The translations under genes and the position numbers were made by a program. This document shows positions 14,944 to 23,717 of a stretch of 24,000 nucleotides of DNA, piece by piece (the stretch's first letter is position 1; each line of letters begins with the position of its first letter). The stretch comes from Caulobacteraceae bacterium (GTDB taxonomy: Bacteria; Pseudomonadota; Alphaproteobacteria; Caulobacterales; Caulobacteraceae): positions 1 through 24,000 of the forward strand of contig DASXGQ010000025.1 of the NCBI GenBank assembly GCA_036488995.1, given 5' to 3'. The notes under the pieces were generated by a model. That model made no database searches. It was not told the DNA's origin and saw only the letters and a program-made list of their open reading frames with translations.

Positions 14944-17514
14944 ATGGCGTTTCGTCTGTCCATATTCGCCGCCGCGTTCGCGCTGGCTGCGGCCGGCGCC
15001 GCATCGGCCGACAAGGCTCCGTTCGATCTTACCGGGCCGTCCCTCGACATCACCGTCTCGAGGAGCGGAACGGTCCTGCCCATCTCCGCGGTGCCGGATC
15101 TTGCCCCCGGCGACAAGCTCCACATCAAGGCCGAATTGCCGCCGGGACAGGGCGCCCACTACATGCTCGTGACGGCCTTTCTCCGCGGCGCCACCGACCC
15201 TCCGCCGAAGAACTGGTTCTTCGCCGCGAACACCTGGGAGAAGGGTGGCAAGGGCCTTGAACTGACAGTGCCGGCGGGCGCCCAGCAGGCCCTCGTCTTC
15301 CTCGCGCCGCATACGAGCGGTGATTTTTCCACGCTGTCGGGGACGGTGAGGGCGCGCCCCGGCGCCTTCGTACGCGCGGCCCAGGACCTGGAGCAGCTGG
15401 ATCTTGATCGCGCCCGGCTGGAGGCCTTCCTCGCCGCCGTTCGTGAGACCGACCGCACCCACCCCAGCGAGCTTCAGGAGGTCTCGACGCGCCTGGCGCG
15501 GAGTCTCGGTATAAAGATTGACGAGACGTGCTTCGCCAAGTCGGCGAACCTGCAGGCCTCCTGCCTGATGCAGGACCAGGACGTGCAGGTGCTCGACGAT
15601 GGCCACACCTCGTCCCTGGTCCACTCCCTGACCGCCGGAGACACCGGCCAGTTGATCTCACAATTGGGCTACGCGCCGGTGATTGGCGGCGGAATCTATA
15701 GCCCGTATGTGGGCGCTGTGGTCGATATCGTACGGATTCTCGACGGCATTCGAACGGCCCACTTCCAGTACATCCCGGCCCTGGCCCTGGCCTCGGGCGG
15801 ACGTCTCGACCTGCACCTGAACACGCCGCCGTCGTTCGCCGATCCCAAGTCCGTGCTGGTGGTGGCGCTGCCGCCCGTGACGCCCACGGCGACGCCGCCT
15901 CTGCGGGCGTTGGATCCTTCAGCCTCCTACTGCCTCGCCCGGAAGGACCTCGTCCTGCCCGTCCAGGGCGCGCCGCTGGTCTTCGCCACCGACTTCGCCC
16001 ACGACATGACCCTGCGGGTGAAAGCGCGCTCGGGCGAGACTCTCGACATCCCGCTGCGTGCGGACCCGGCGCGCGGCGGCTTCGTCGCCGAAGGCTCGGG
16101 TCTCGACCCCTCGCAGTTCGAGAAGTCCGTGACGGGTGAGCTACACGGACATTGGGGGTTCTCGGGCTTCGATGGCCCGACCTTCCACCTCGAGGCCGCC
16201 GCCGGCGGTGTCTGGCATGTCGCCGATGACGACGCCGACGCCCTCGTGGTGGGGCGCACGGACACACTGCATCTGGTCGGGGGTCCGGCCGACTGCGTCG
16301 AGTCGCTGAAGCTGGAAGCGTCTGGCGCCGAAGAGCCGCTCCCGTTCAAGGTGGCCAGCGCCGACACCTTGACGGTTACTGCGCCCCTGACGGCCACGCC
16401 CCCGGGCGATGCGACAGTCGTCGTGGGCTCGGCCGGCGGGCAGCCCCAGCGAGTCAGCGTCAAGGCCTACGCCCAGGCCGGGCGCCTGGATCGGTTCGTC
16501 TATCACGCCGGCGACAAGAGCGGCGTGCTCGAAGGGGCGCGCCTGGATGAGGTGGCGGGCCTGACCGTGGCCGGGGCGCATTTCTCGCCTGGAATGCTTC
16601 AGGCCAGCAGCGGCGTGGACAGTCTGGAACTCAACGCGCAGGACCCGATGCCCGCGCAGCTGTCGAAGCCCGGGGTCAAGCTGGCCGCGCGGGTGACCCT
16701 CGTCGACGGGCGAACCGAGAAGCTCGAGACCCAGGTCCTGACGGACCGTCCGCAGATCGTCATCTCGGCTCTTACGCTGAAGAACAAGCCGGAAATGGGC
16801 GTGGCGACGTTCGAGCTTGGCGATCCGGGCGAGTTCGCCCGCGGGGCGGTGCTGGCCTTCTCCATCGCCGCGCCCCCGCCTGGGAGCTTCACGCCGCACG
16901 ATACGGCGGAGGCGTCGACCGCAGACGGCTCCTGGTCCACGCGTCTTCAAGGCCCGGACGAGTTCGTTCTCGCCGACTCCCACGCCGCGGTCGCCACGCT
17001 CGACACGGCCAAGGCGTTCGGTCCCTCAGCCTGGGGACCGGTTCGAGTGCGCATCGACAACGACAAGGGCGACAGCGACTGGCAGCCGCTGGGGACCCTC
17101 GTGCGACTGCCAAAGATCGACGGACTCGCCTGCCATGAGGGTTCGACATGCCGCCTCAAGGGCGACGATCTCTTCCTGATCGCCTCGGTGTCGGCCAGCC
17201 CGAAGTTCGAGGATCCGGTGACGGTGCCCAACGGATTTCCGGGCGCCTCGATCGAGGTTCCGCATCCGCATGACGGGCGACTTTACGTCAAGCTGCACGA
17301 CGATCCCGACGTGATCAGCATTATGCGCGTGAAGCTAGGGAGCGCGGGCGTCGCCAAGCGGCGGCCTGCGAGCGGCGGTCCGTCTGGCGCGCCCGAGCCT
17401 GCTCCCTCGGCGCCGAGCCCCGCTCCCTCGGCGTCCGAGCCTGCTCCCTCAGCGCCGAGCCCGGCTCAGTCGTCGTCACCCAGCCCTGGCGCGCCTTCCG
17501 GGCCATCGCCGTAG
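14944..17514 (+). CDS. Large predicted exported protein of unknown function (about 856 aa) with a Pro/Ser/Ala-rich C-terminal tail
   Basis: ATG at 14944 begins a signal peptide-like MAFRLSIFAAAFALAAAGAASADKAPFDL. The ORF stays open to 17514. The first ~400 codons of the longer track ORF (13747) overlap antisense of the MDR gene and are rejected. Confidence 0.85.
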   Translation: MAFRLSIFAAAFALAAAGAASADKAPFDLTGPSLDITVSRSGTVLPISAVPDLAPGDKLHIKAELPPGQGAHYMLVTAFLRGATDPPPKNWFFAANTWEKGGKGLELTVPAGAQQALVFLAPHTSGDFSTLSGTVRARPGAFVRAAQDLEQLDLDRARLEAFLAAVRETDRTHPSELQEVSTRLARSLGIKIDETCFAKSANLQASCLMQDQDVQVLDDGHTSSLVHSLTAGDTGQLISQLGYAPVIGGGIYSPYVGAVVDIVRILDGIRTAHFQYIPALALASGGRLDLHLNTPPSFADPKSVLVVALPPVTPTATPPLRALDPSASYCLARKDLVLPVQGAPLVFATDFAHDMTLRVKARSGETLDIPLRADPARGGFVAEGSGLDPSQFEKSVTGELHGHWGFSGFDGPTFHLEAAAGGVWHVADDDADALVVGRTDTLHLVGGPADCVESLKLEASGAEEPLPFKVASADTLTVTAPLTATPPGDATVVVGSAGGQPQRVSVKAYAQAGRLDRFVYHAGDKSGVLEGARLDEVAGLTVAGAHFSPGMLQASSGVDSLELNAQDPMPAQLSKPGVKLAARVTLVDGRTEKLETQVLTDRPQIVISALTLKNKPEMGVATFELGDPGEFARGAVLAFSIAAPPPGSFTPHDTAEASTADGSWSTRLQGPDEFVLADSHAAVATLDTAKAFGPSAWGPVRVRIDNDKGDSDWQPLGTLVRLPKIDGLACHEGSTCRLKGDDLFLIASVSASPKFEDPVTVPNGFPGASIEVPHPHDGRLYVKLHDDPDVISIMRVKLGSAGVAKRRPASGGPSGAPEPAPSAPSPAPSASEPAPSAPSPAQSSSPSPGAPSGPSP
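17395..17478 (+). repeat. Two-copy imperfect 42-nt tandem repeat in the tail of the exported protein gene
   Basis: Encodes EPAPSAPSPAPSAS then EPAPSAPSPAQSSS (14-aa period). Confidence 0.75.
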
Positions 17515-17622
17515 CGGTTCTGCTCGCGAGGGGCGAGGCAGGACCGCCGATTGCAGCACGTAGGCGCCTATGATCTTGCGATGGATCAAGCTCATGCGGG
17601 CGGCGCAGGCGCATGTAGTCAT

Positions 17623-19257
17623 ATGCTGAGTACGTCCTCGATCGACCTCCCCCCTCCGGCCCCTCGGGGGCGGGCTTGGCTGGCGGCGGTTGGGCGTCCC
17701 TTCAGTCCCCAGGGGCGCTCGGCCGCCGCTTCGACTGTCTTGGACTCGGTAGCGGCGATCGGATTCGCCGCAGGCATAGCTCTCGCCCTGGGTCGACTCT
17801 CCCACGGCTGGATGGCCGCCGCGCCCTGGGCCCTGCTCGCCGTCGCCAGCGCCGCGGTCCGAGGCGTCCTCGCGCGGGCGGCGATCGGCTTCGCGGCCCG
17901 CCAGGCTGCAGAGGTGAAGCGGTCCGTCCGCAGGCGAGTCTTCACAGCTGCGCTCGCCCGTGAGGGGCGTGAACCCGGATCGCTGGGATCGGCGCTCGCC
18001 CTGGCGGTGGACGGCGTGGAGGCGCTGGAGGGCTGGTATCTCCGCTACGCACCGGCGCGTGCGGCTGCGGTTGTCTCGCCTTTGATCATCATCGCAGCGA
18101 TGGCCGTGGCCAGTCCGCTGTGCGCCCTCATCGTTGCGGCCACCTTTGCGCCCTTCATCATGGCGATGGCGCTCGCCGGCGGCGCGGCCGCCCGCGAGGC
18201 GCGCCGGCAGTTCGACGCCATGTCCCGCCTCTCGGGCCGCTTCGCCGATCGCCTCAGAGCGCTTCCGGCAATCCTCGCCTTCGACGGCGCCGGCCGCATC
18301 GGCGAGGAGTTGCAGGTAGCTTCGGAGGAGCTCGCCGAGCGCACGCTGAAGGTCCTGCGGATCGCCTTCGTGTCTTCCGCATCCCTCGAGTTCTTCGCCG
18401 CCATCAGCGTCGCCCTGGTCGCTGTCTATTGCGGTTTCGGCCTGCTCGGCCTGCTGCCGTTCCGACCGCCCGAGCGGCTTGACCTCGTTCGCGCCATCTT
18501 CGTCCTCGTCCTCGCCCCCGAGGCCTATCTGCCCATGCGGCGCCTGGCCCAGGCCTACCATGAACGGGAGACGGCGGAAGCCGCGGCGGAGGCCGTGCGC
18601 CCGGTGGCGGAAGAGCTTCCTCGCGCTCCCGTCCGCGCGGTCTTGATCAGGCCGCCGGCCGTGCGGTTCGAGGAGGTCGGCGTGGTCTATCCGGGCGCGG
18701 AGGCCGCGGTTCTCGACGGGTTCAGCTTCGACGTCGAGCCCGGCGAATTCGTCGCCCTCGTGGGCCCGAGCGGTTCGGGGAAAACCACGGCCCTGCGCCT
18801 CGCCCTTGGCCTGATCCCACCCTCGATCGGCCGGGTCACGCTCGATGGCGCGGCCCCTGTTCCGGGCGCCGTCGCGTGGGTCGGCCAGAGCCCGGTCGTG
18901 ACGCCGGGTTCCCTGGCCGACAACATCCGTCTGGCCCGCATGGACGCGTCTGACGCGGATGTGGCGCTCGCCGCCGCATCCGCCGGACTCCCCACGAGCG
19001 TCCTGGATCGGCCGATAGATGAACGCGGCGGAGGGCTCAGCGGCGGCGAACGACGGCGCCTCGCGCTCGCGCGCGCCTTCCTGGCGCAGGCGAGCCTGGT
19101 GCTCCTCGACGAGCCGACGGCGGATCTCGACGCGACCTCCGAGGCGGAGGCGATGCAGGCGATCGTCAGGCTTGCGCGAGGACGAACGACCCTGATCGCC
19201 ACCCACAGCGCCGCTGTCGCCGCCATGGCCGACCGTATCGTCCGGCTCGCCGCGTGA
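17623..19257 (+). CDS. cydD: Thiol reductant ABC exporter subunit CydD
   Basis: TM-rich N-terminus followed by an ABC domain: LVGPSGSGKTTALRLALGLIPPSIGRVTLDG...GQSPVVTPGSLADNIRLA...GGGLSGGERRRLALARAFLAQASLVLLDEPTADLD. Track start is 17551; the ATG at 17623 is preferred but uncertain. Confidence 0.88.
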   Translation: MLSTSSIDLPPPAPRGRAWLAAVGRPFSPQGRSAAASTVLDSVAAIGFAAGIALALGRLSHGWMAAAPWALLAVASAAVRGVLARAAIGFAARQAAEVKRSVRRRVFTAALAREGREPGSLGSALALAVDGVEALEGWYLRYAPARAAAVVSPLIIIAAMAVASPLCALIVAATFAPFIMAMALAGGAAAREARRQFDAMSRLSGRFADRLRALPAILAFDGAGRIGEELQVASEELAERTLKVLRIAFVSSASLEFFAAISVALVAVYCGFGLLGLLPFRPPERLDLVRAIFVLVLAPEAYLPMRRLAQAYHERETAEAAAEAVRPVAEELPRAPVRAVLIRPPAVRFEEVGVVYPGAEAAVLDGFSFDVEPGEFVALVGPSGSGKTTALRLALGLIPPSIGRVTLDGAAPVPGAVAWVGQSPVVTPGSLADNIRLARMDASDADVALAAASAGLPTSVLDRPIDERGGGLSGGERRRLALARAFLAQASLVLLDEPTADLDATSEAEAMQAIVRLARGRTTLIATHSAAVAAMADRIVRLAA

Positions 19258-20933
19258 TGGACGCCCTGACCCTCACCGACGAACCTCGCGGCGCGGCGAG
19301 CGGCGTCGAGGGACAACGCCCGCGGATCACGGCGCGCAGGCCCGATCGCCAGGGTTCGCGCCTGGACGCGCTTCTGCGAGCCCAGGTCCGCGCGCGTCGT
19401 AACGACCTGGCGCTCGCCGCCGCCGCGGCCGTCGTGGCGGGCGCCGCCGGAGTCTGCCTGCTGGCGCTCTCCGGATGGTTCGTCACTGCCGCCGGACTGG
19501 CCGGCCTCACCGGAGCGGTGCTGGGTTTCAACTATCTGCTCCCCTCGACCGCGATCCGTCTCGCCGCACTCTCCCGCACGGTCGGGCGCTATGGGGAGCG
19601 TCTGGCCGGCCACGCTGCGGCTCTGCGGGCGCTCGGCCGCGTCCGCGCCGCCCTGTTCATCGGCGTCGCGAGCGCCCCGGCGGCCGAGGCGTTGCAGCTC
19701 TCCACCGGCGAGGGTTGCGCCCGGCTCATCGACGATGTCGACGCCCTCCAGACCCAGTTCGTCCGTCGCCCGGCCCGATGGGGCGTCGCAGCGGCGCTCG
19801 CGGCGGGCCTCGCCCTGGCCGGCCTCGCCGGCTGGCCCTCCGCGCTCATGCTGGCGGCCCTGGCCGCGGTGCAGATCCTCTGTGGCCGGCTCGCCGCCCG
19901 CTCGCTCGCCCGCCGCTGGGGGGAGGAGATCCAGTCCGCTTCGGGTCGCCTCAAGGATGCCTGCGCCGCCCTGTTGGCGGCGGCGCCGGAGATCGCTGCC
20001 TATGGTCTGCAGGACTGGGCGGCCGAGAAGGCGGCAGACAACAGTCGCGCCCTGGGCGAGGCCCGCATGGCTATGCGCCGGGCGGAGGGCTGGCAGGCCT
20101 GCGCCTCGACGGCGCTCTCGGGGGCGGGCGCGGCCCTGGTGCTGCTCTGCGCACACGGCGCGCCGCTCCCCATCGCCTTCCTCGCCGCCCTCGCGGCCCT
20201 GGGCGGGCTCGAGGCCTGCGCCGCCGCCGCGCGCGAAGCCCAGGACGAGCCGGCCTGTCGGGCGGCCCGCCAGCGGCTGGAGCCATGGATCGGCTCGTCG
20301 CTCCCCACGCCTCGGGCGGCAAAGCCGCAGGGGATCTGGTTGAAGGGCAAGGGGACGGAGATCACCCTCGTCCCGGGCGACCGCCTCGTGATCACCGGCC
20401 GTTCGGGGTGCGGCAAGACCAGCCTGCTGGAGCGCCTGCTGGAGCTGCGCGAGCGCCCCCGCGGGGAGGCAGAGATCGGAGGCGTCGACCTGTCTCGCCT
20501 GGCCCAGGGCGAAGGTCGCGGCCAGTTCGCCTATGCGCCCCAGTCGCCGACGCTCCTGGCAGGCACAGTGCGCGAGAACCTCCTCCTGGGTGATCCTTGC
20601 GCTGCAGACACACAGATGTGGGCCGCGCTCGCCGACGCCGCCCTGGAGGCCAGGATCGCGGCTTACCCGGCGGGACTGGACGCGGACATCGGCGAAGCGG
20701 GCGCCTGGCTCTCCGGCGGGGAGCGCAAGCGCCTCTCCCTGGCCCGCGCCTATCTTCGTCACTCGCCCTGGCTGGTCCTCGATGAGCCGACCGAAGGGCT
20801 CGATCGCGCCACCGAGGCGGCAGTCGTCGCACGGCTGGATCAGCGCCTTCGCACCGGCGGTCAGGGCCTGCTGCTGGTCAGCCACCGACCCGCGCCCAGG
20901 ACCCTCTGCAGCCGCGAACTGCCGCTCGACTAA
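19254..20933 (+). CDS. cydC: Thiol reductant ABC exporter subunit CydC
   Basis: TM domain plus VITGRSGCGKTSLLERLLELRERPRGEAEIGGVDLSRLAQGEGRGQFAYAPQSPTLLAGTVRENLLLGDP...GAWLSGGERKRLSLARAYLRHSPWLVLDEPTEGLDRATE. Overlaps cydD by 4 nt if the GTG at 19254 is used. Confidence 0.88.
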   Translation: MMDALTLTDEPRGAASGVEGQRPRITARRPDRQGSRLDALLRAQVRARRNDLALAAAAAVVAGAAGVCLLALSGWFVTAAGLAGLTGAVLGFNYLLPSTAIRLAALSRTVGRYGERLAGHAAALRALGRVRAALFIGVASAPAAEALQLSTGEGCARLIDDVDALQTQFVRRPARWGVAAALAAGLALAGLAGWPSALMLAALAAVQILCGRLAARSLARRWGEEIQSASGRLKDACAALLAAAPEIAAYGLQDWAAEKAADNSRALGEARMAMRRAEGWQACASTALSGAGAALVLLCAHGAPLPIAFLAALAALGGLEACAAAAREAQDEPACRAARQRLEPWIGSSLPTPRAAKPQGIWLKGKGTEITLVPGDRLVITGRSGCGKTSLLERLLELRERPRGEAEIGGVDLSRLAQGEGRGQFAYAPQSPTLLAGTVRENLLLGDPCAADTQMWAALADAALEARIAAYPAGLDADIGEAGAWLSGGERKRLSLARAYLRHSPWLVLDEPTEGLDRATEAAVVARLDQRLRTGGQGLLLVSHRPAPRTLCSRELPLD

Positions 20934-21016
20934 TGGAATCGTACGAACTTCGCAAATTGCAATTTTATTGTTTACCGAGGGGGTGGTCGGCGCCATGTTC
21001 TCGTTATGTTCCGTCA

Positions 21017-21205
21017 ATGGCGACGGACGTGCTCGAGTTCATGAGGCGTGTGATGACCTTCGATGGAGAGACCCCTGCGCCCCGCAGCACGATCCGTCTT
21101 CGGCTCGGACGCTGGCTCGAGGCCCGCGGAACCGGCTGGGGCGTGGCCGTGCTGCCGGTGCTTATCCTGGCGCTGGCGTTCCTTGTCCTGTGGCTGCACG
21201 CGTGA
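21017..21205 (+). CDS. Small single-pass membrane protein (62 aa), hypothetical
   Basis: MATDVLEFMRRVMTFDGETPAPRSTIRLRLGRWLEARGTGWGVAVLPVLILALAFLVLWLHA: amphipathic N-terminus and a C-terminal TM. Confidence 0.5.
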   Translation: MATDVLEFMRRVMTFDGETPAPRSTIRLRLGRWLEARGTGWGVAVLPVLILALAFLVLWLHA

Positions 21206-21222
21206 GCGCCGTCAGGTGACCT

Positions 21223-21456
21223 CTAGGCCCTCCAGGCTCCCGCGCGCTCGAGCCCGGTGGTGAACCAGGATGCGCCGGGGATCGGCTTGCCAGGCGGGGT
21301 CCAGGCGCCCCCGAACCATGCCGCCACGAGCGCAGCCATGGCGAAGACGATGACCCAGGAGGCGATCGTCGCGCCCATGAAGCTATGGCGCACAAAGGCT
21401 AAAGTCGCCGGGCGCTCGTGAAGAAGCGGGATGGCTGCGGCGGCTCGGTGGACCAT
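21223..21456 (-). CDS. Small membrane protein (77 aa), hypothetical
   Basis: MVHRAAAAIPLLHERPATLAFVRHSFMGATIASWVIVFAMAALVAAWFGGAWTPPGKP...: one predicted TM. Upstream in-frame extension to 21522 is less protein-like. Confidence 0.5.
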   Translation of the reverse strand: MVHRAAAAIPLLHERPATLAFVRHSFMGATIASWVIVFAMAALVAAWFGGAWTPPGKPIPGASWFTTGLERAGAWRA

Positions 21457-21593
21457 GGCAGACTCCGACGAATGCGTCCGGAACTTGTCCTGAGCGTACG
21501 AACGGCGCTCGCCTCGGCGCAATGGGGCATTTGCCCGAGCCGACCCTAGGGGTGGGCGCAGGGAAGGGCGGCGTCAAGTGCCGGGCGTCAGAC

Positions 21594-22148
21594 CTAGACG
21601 AGCTGGCCCTGGGCCTCGGGATCGCGGAAGGCGGCGCCCTCGTGGCGAAGAAGCCAGCGCTTGCGGTGAATGCCCCCGCCGTAGCCGGTGAGCGAGCCGT
21701 CGGCGCCGATCACGCGGTGGCACGGCGCGATGAGGCCGATGGGGTTCGCGCCGTTGGCGAGGCCCACGGCGCGAACGGCCTTCGGCTTGCCGATGCGGCG
21801 GGCCAGTTCGGCGTAGCTGATCGTCTCGCCCACCGGGATGTCGCACAGGGCGCGCCAGACCGAGAGCTGGAAGGGCGTGCCGGCGCTCTTCCAAGGCAAC
21901 CCGTCGAGGGCGTCGATCTTGCCATCGAAATAGGCCTTCAGGGCGTCGCGCACCTTCGGCGGCGCCGCCCCGGGCTCCAGCCGCGCGCGTGGGCCGTAGT
22001 AGCGGCCGACGAGCCGGCGCAGGCGATCTTCGTGGTCGGACCAGTCGAAGAATCGCAGGTTCCCCTCCTCGTCGGTGACGACCAGGGCCGTGCCGATCGG
22101 GGTCTCGAACCGGTCGAGGAAAAAGCGTTCAGGCTGCCGCTCGGTCAT
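21594..22148 (-). CDS. ogt: Methylated-DNA--[protein]-cysteine S-methyltransferase (Ogt/Ada C-terminal type)
   Basis: GTPFQLSVWRALCDIPVGETISYAELARRIGKPKAVRAVGLANGANPIGLIAPCHRVIGADGSLTGYGGGIHRKRWLLRHEG contains the PCHRV active site. Confidence 0.93.
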   Translation of the reverse strand: MTERQPERFFLDRFETPIGTALVVTDEEGNLRFFDWSDHEDRLRRLVGRYYGPRARLEPGAAPPKVRDALKAYFDGKIDALDGLPWKSAGTPFQLSVWRALCDIPVGETISYAELARRIGKPKAVRAVGLANGANPIGLIAPCHRVIGADGSLTGYGGGIHRKRWLLRHEGAAFRDPEAQGQLV

Positions 22149-23625
22149 CACGGGCTCCAGTCTCAGGGTTGGGTGTGGTCCAAAGGTGTAGGGCGGCGTA
22201 GCCGCGCCACGGCCGCCACGCCTCGGCGCGGGACGCGAGGGCGGCGGTCGAGGGTCGCACGCCGGCGGAGTCTGCGAGCGCGCGCTGCAGGCCGATGTCC
22301 GCCGCCGGAAAGGCGTCGGGTTCGCGCAGGGCGCGAAGGGCGATGTACTGCGCCGTCCACTCGCCGATCCCGGGCAGGGCGCGCAAACGGCGCACCGCCT
22401 CGCCAGGTTCGCCGGGGCTCTCCCACAGAGACGGATCGTCGGCGCTGGCCCGCGCCATGGCCTCGATCGAGGCCGATCGGGCGCGCGGCATCGGCAGGCC
22501 GGAGAGGTCCGCGCCGGCGAGGGCGGCGGCCGGCGGGAAGGCGTGGGTGATCCCAGGTTCGACCGAGGCGAGCGCTTCGGGAAGCAGGGCCCCGTGTTCG
22601 CGCGCGATGCGCCCGGCCAGGGCGGTGGCCGCGCCGACACTGATCTGCTGGCCGAGGATGGCCCGCACGGCGAGTTCGAAGCCGTCCCAGGCGCCCGGAA
22701 CCCTGAGGCCGGGCCGCGCGGCGACGCGCCAGGCGAGGTCGGGATCGAGGGCAAGGTGGGCGCCGATCGCCTGCGGGTCGGCCGAGAGGTCGAAGATCCG
22801 CCGCACGCGGGCCAAGATGGCCGGGAGAGCGGAGAGGCGAGGAAAGCGGATCGATACGGCCAGCCGGTCCTTCGGCGCCGGGCCCACCGCCAGCAGGCCG
22901 AACTCGCCATCGAGGAGGATCGCGCGCGCATAGCGGTCCGGCCGGACGCTCTCCACGCCTTCGATCGCCCGCATCGATAGAAATCCGATCAGCCCGTCCC
23001 AGTCGTAGGGCGCGCGATAGGGAAGGGTGAGGCGGATCTCCTCGCCCGCGCTGGCGCAAGGCGGTCCGCCGGCGCGTCGCAGCGCTGCCGGCGGACGATC
23101 GTAGAGCGTCTGAAAGGTCTCGTTGAACCGCCGCACGCTGGCGAATCCCGCCGCAAGGGCGACGTCGGCCATGGAGAGTCGCGTCTCGTGGATGAGTTGC
23201 TTGGCCAGCAGGACCCGGCGGGTCTGCGCCACCGCGATCGGAGAGGCGCCAAGATGGATCTTGAACAGCCGGCGCAGCTGTCGCTCGCCCACCCCGACAC
23301 GGCCGGCGAGGGTCTCGACGTCCGCATCGTCCAGCGCCCCAGACTCGATCAGGCGCAAGGCGCGGGCCACGGTGTTGGAGGATCCGCGCCAGGCCCCGCA
23401 GTCGGGCGAAGACTCCGGCCGGCAACGCAGGCAGGGTCGGAACCCGGCCTCCTGGGCCGCCGGGGCCGAAGGGAAGAACATCACGTTTTCCCGCCGGGGC
23501 GTGCGCGCCGGGCAGATCGGCCGGCAGTAGATCCCCGTGGTCTTCACCCCCACGAACACCCGGCCGTCGAAACGGGCGTCGCGGGTCGAGAGCGCGCGGT
23601 AGCAGATGTCGGGATCGAGCGTCAT
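22129..23625 (-). CDS. alkA: Ada-type N-terminal + AraC HTH + AlkA DNA-3-methyladenine glycosylase fusion
   Basis: Ada zinc/phosphotriester module DARFDGRVFVGVKTTGIYCRPICPARTPRRENVMFFPSAPAAQEAGFRPCLRCRPE, AraC HTH MADVALAAGFASVRRFNETFQTLY, AlkA core GAWDGFELAVRAILGQQISVGAATALAGRI...LRALPGIGEWTAQYIALRAL...FPAADIGLQRAL. It overlaps the ogt start by 20 nt. Confidence 0.92.
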   Translation of the reverse strand: MTLDPDICYRALSTRDARFDGRVFVGVKTTGIYCRPICPARTPRRENVMFFPSAPAAQEAGFRPCLRCRPESSPDCGAWRGSSNTVARALRLIESGALDDADVETLAGRVGVGERQLRRLFKIHLGASPIAVAQTRRVLLAKQLIHETRLSMADVALAAGFASVRRFNETFQTLYDRPPAALRRAGGPPCASAGEEIRLTLPYRAPYDWDGLIGFLSMRAIEGVESVRPDRYARAILLDGEFGLLAVGPAPKDRLAVSIRFPRLSALPAILARVRRIFDLSADPQAIGAHLALDPDLAWRVAARPGLRVPGAWDGFELAVRAILGQQISVGAATALAGRIAREHGALLPEALASVEPGITHAFPPAAALAGADLSGLPMPRARSASIEAMARASADDPSLWESPGEPGEAVRRLRALPGIGEWTAQYIALRALREPDAFPAADIGLQRALADSAGVRPSTAALASRAEAWRPWRGYAALHLWTTPNPETGARDDRAAA

Positions 23626-23717
23626 GCTCGGATCATCCGCCCCGACGCGCCCGCTGTCTCGCGGTTTTCGGACTCGGTCGTCGAGGGGGTGCGCTCGAGC
23701 TCTCTTGGTCGTGCGCC

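Noticed and set aside
18687-21017. 776-aa minus-strand ORF, plus 576-aa ORF at 17476-19206
   Set aside because: Both are antisense shadows of cydD/cydC, whose ABC motifs are unambiguous; high GC makes antisense frames stay open.
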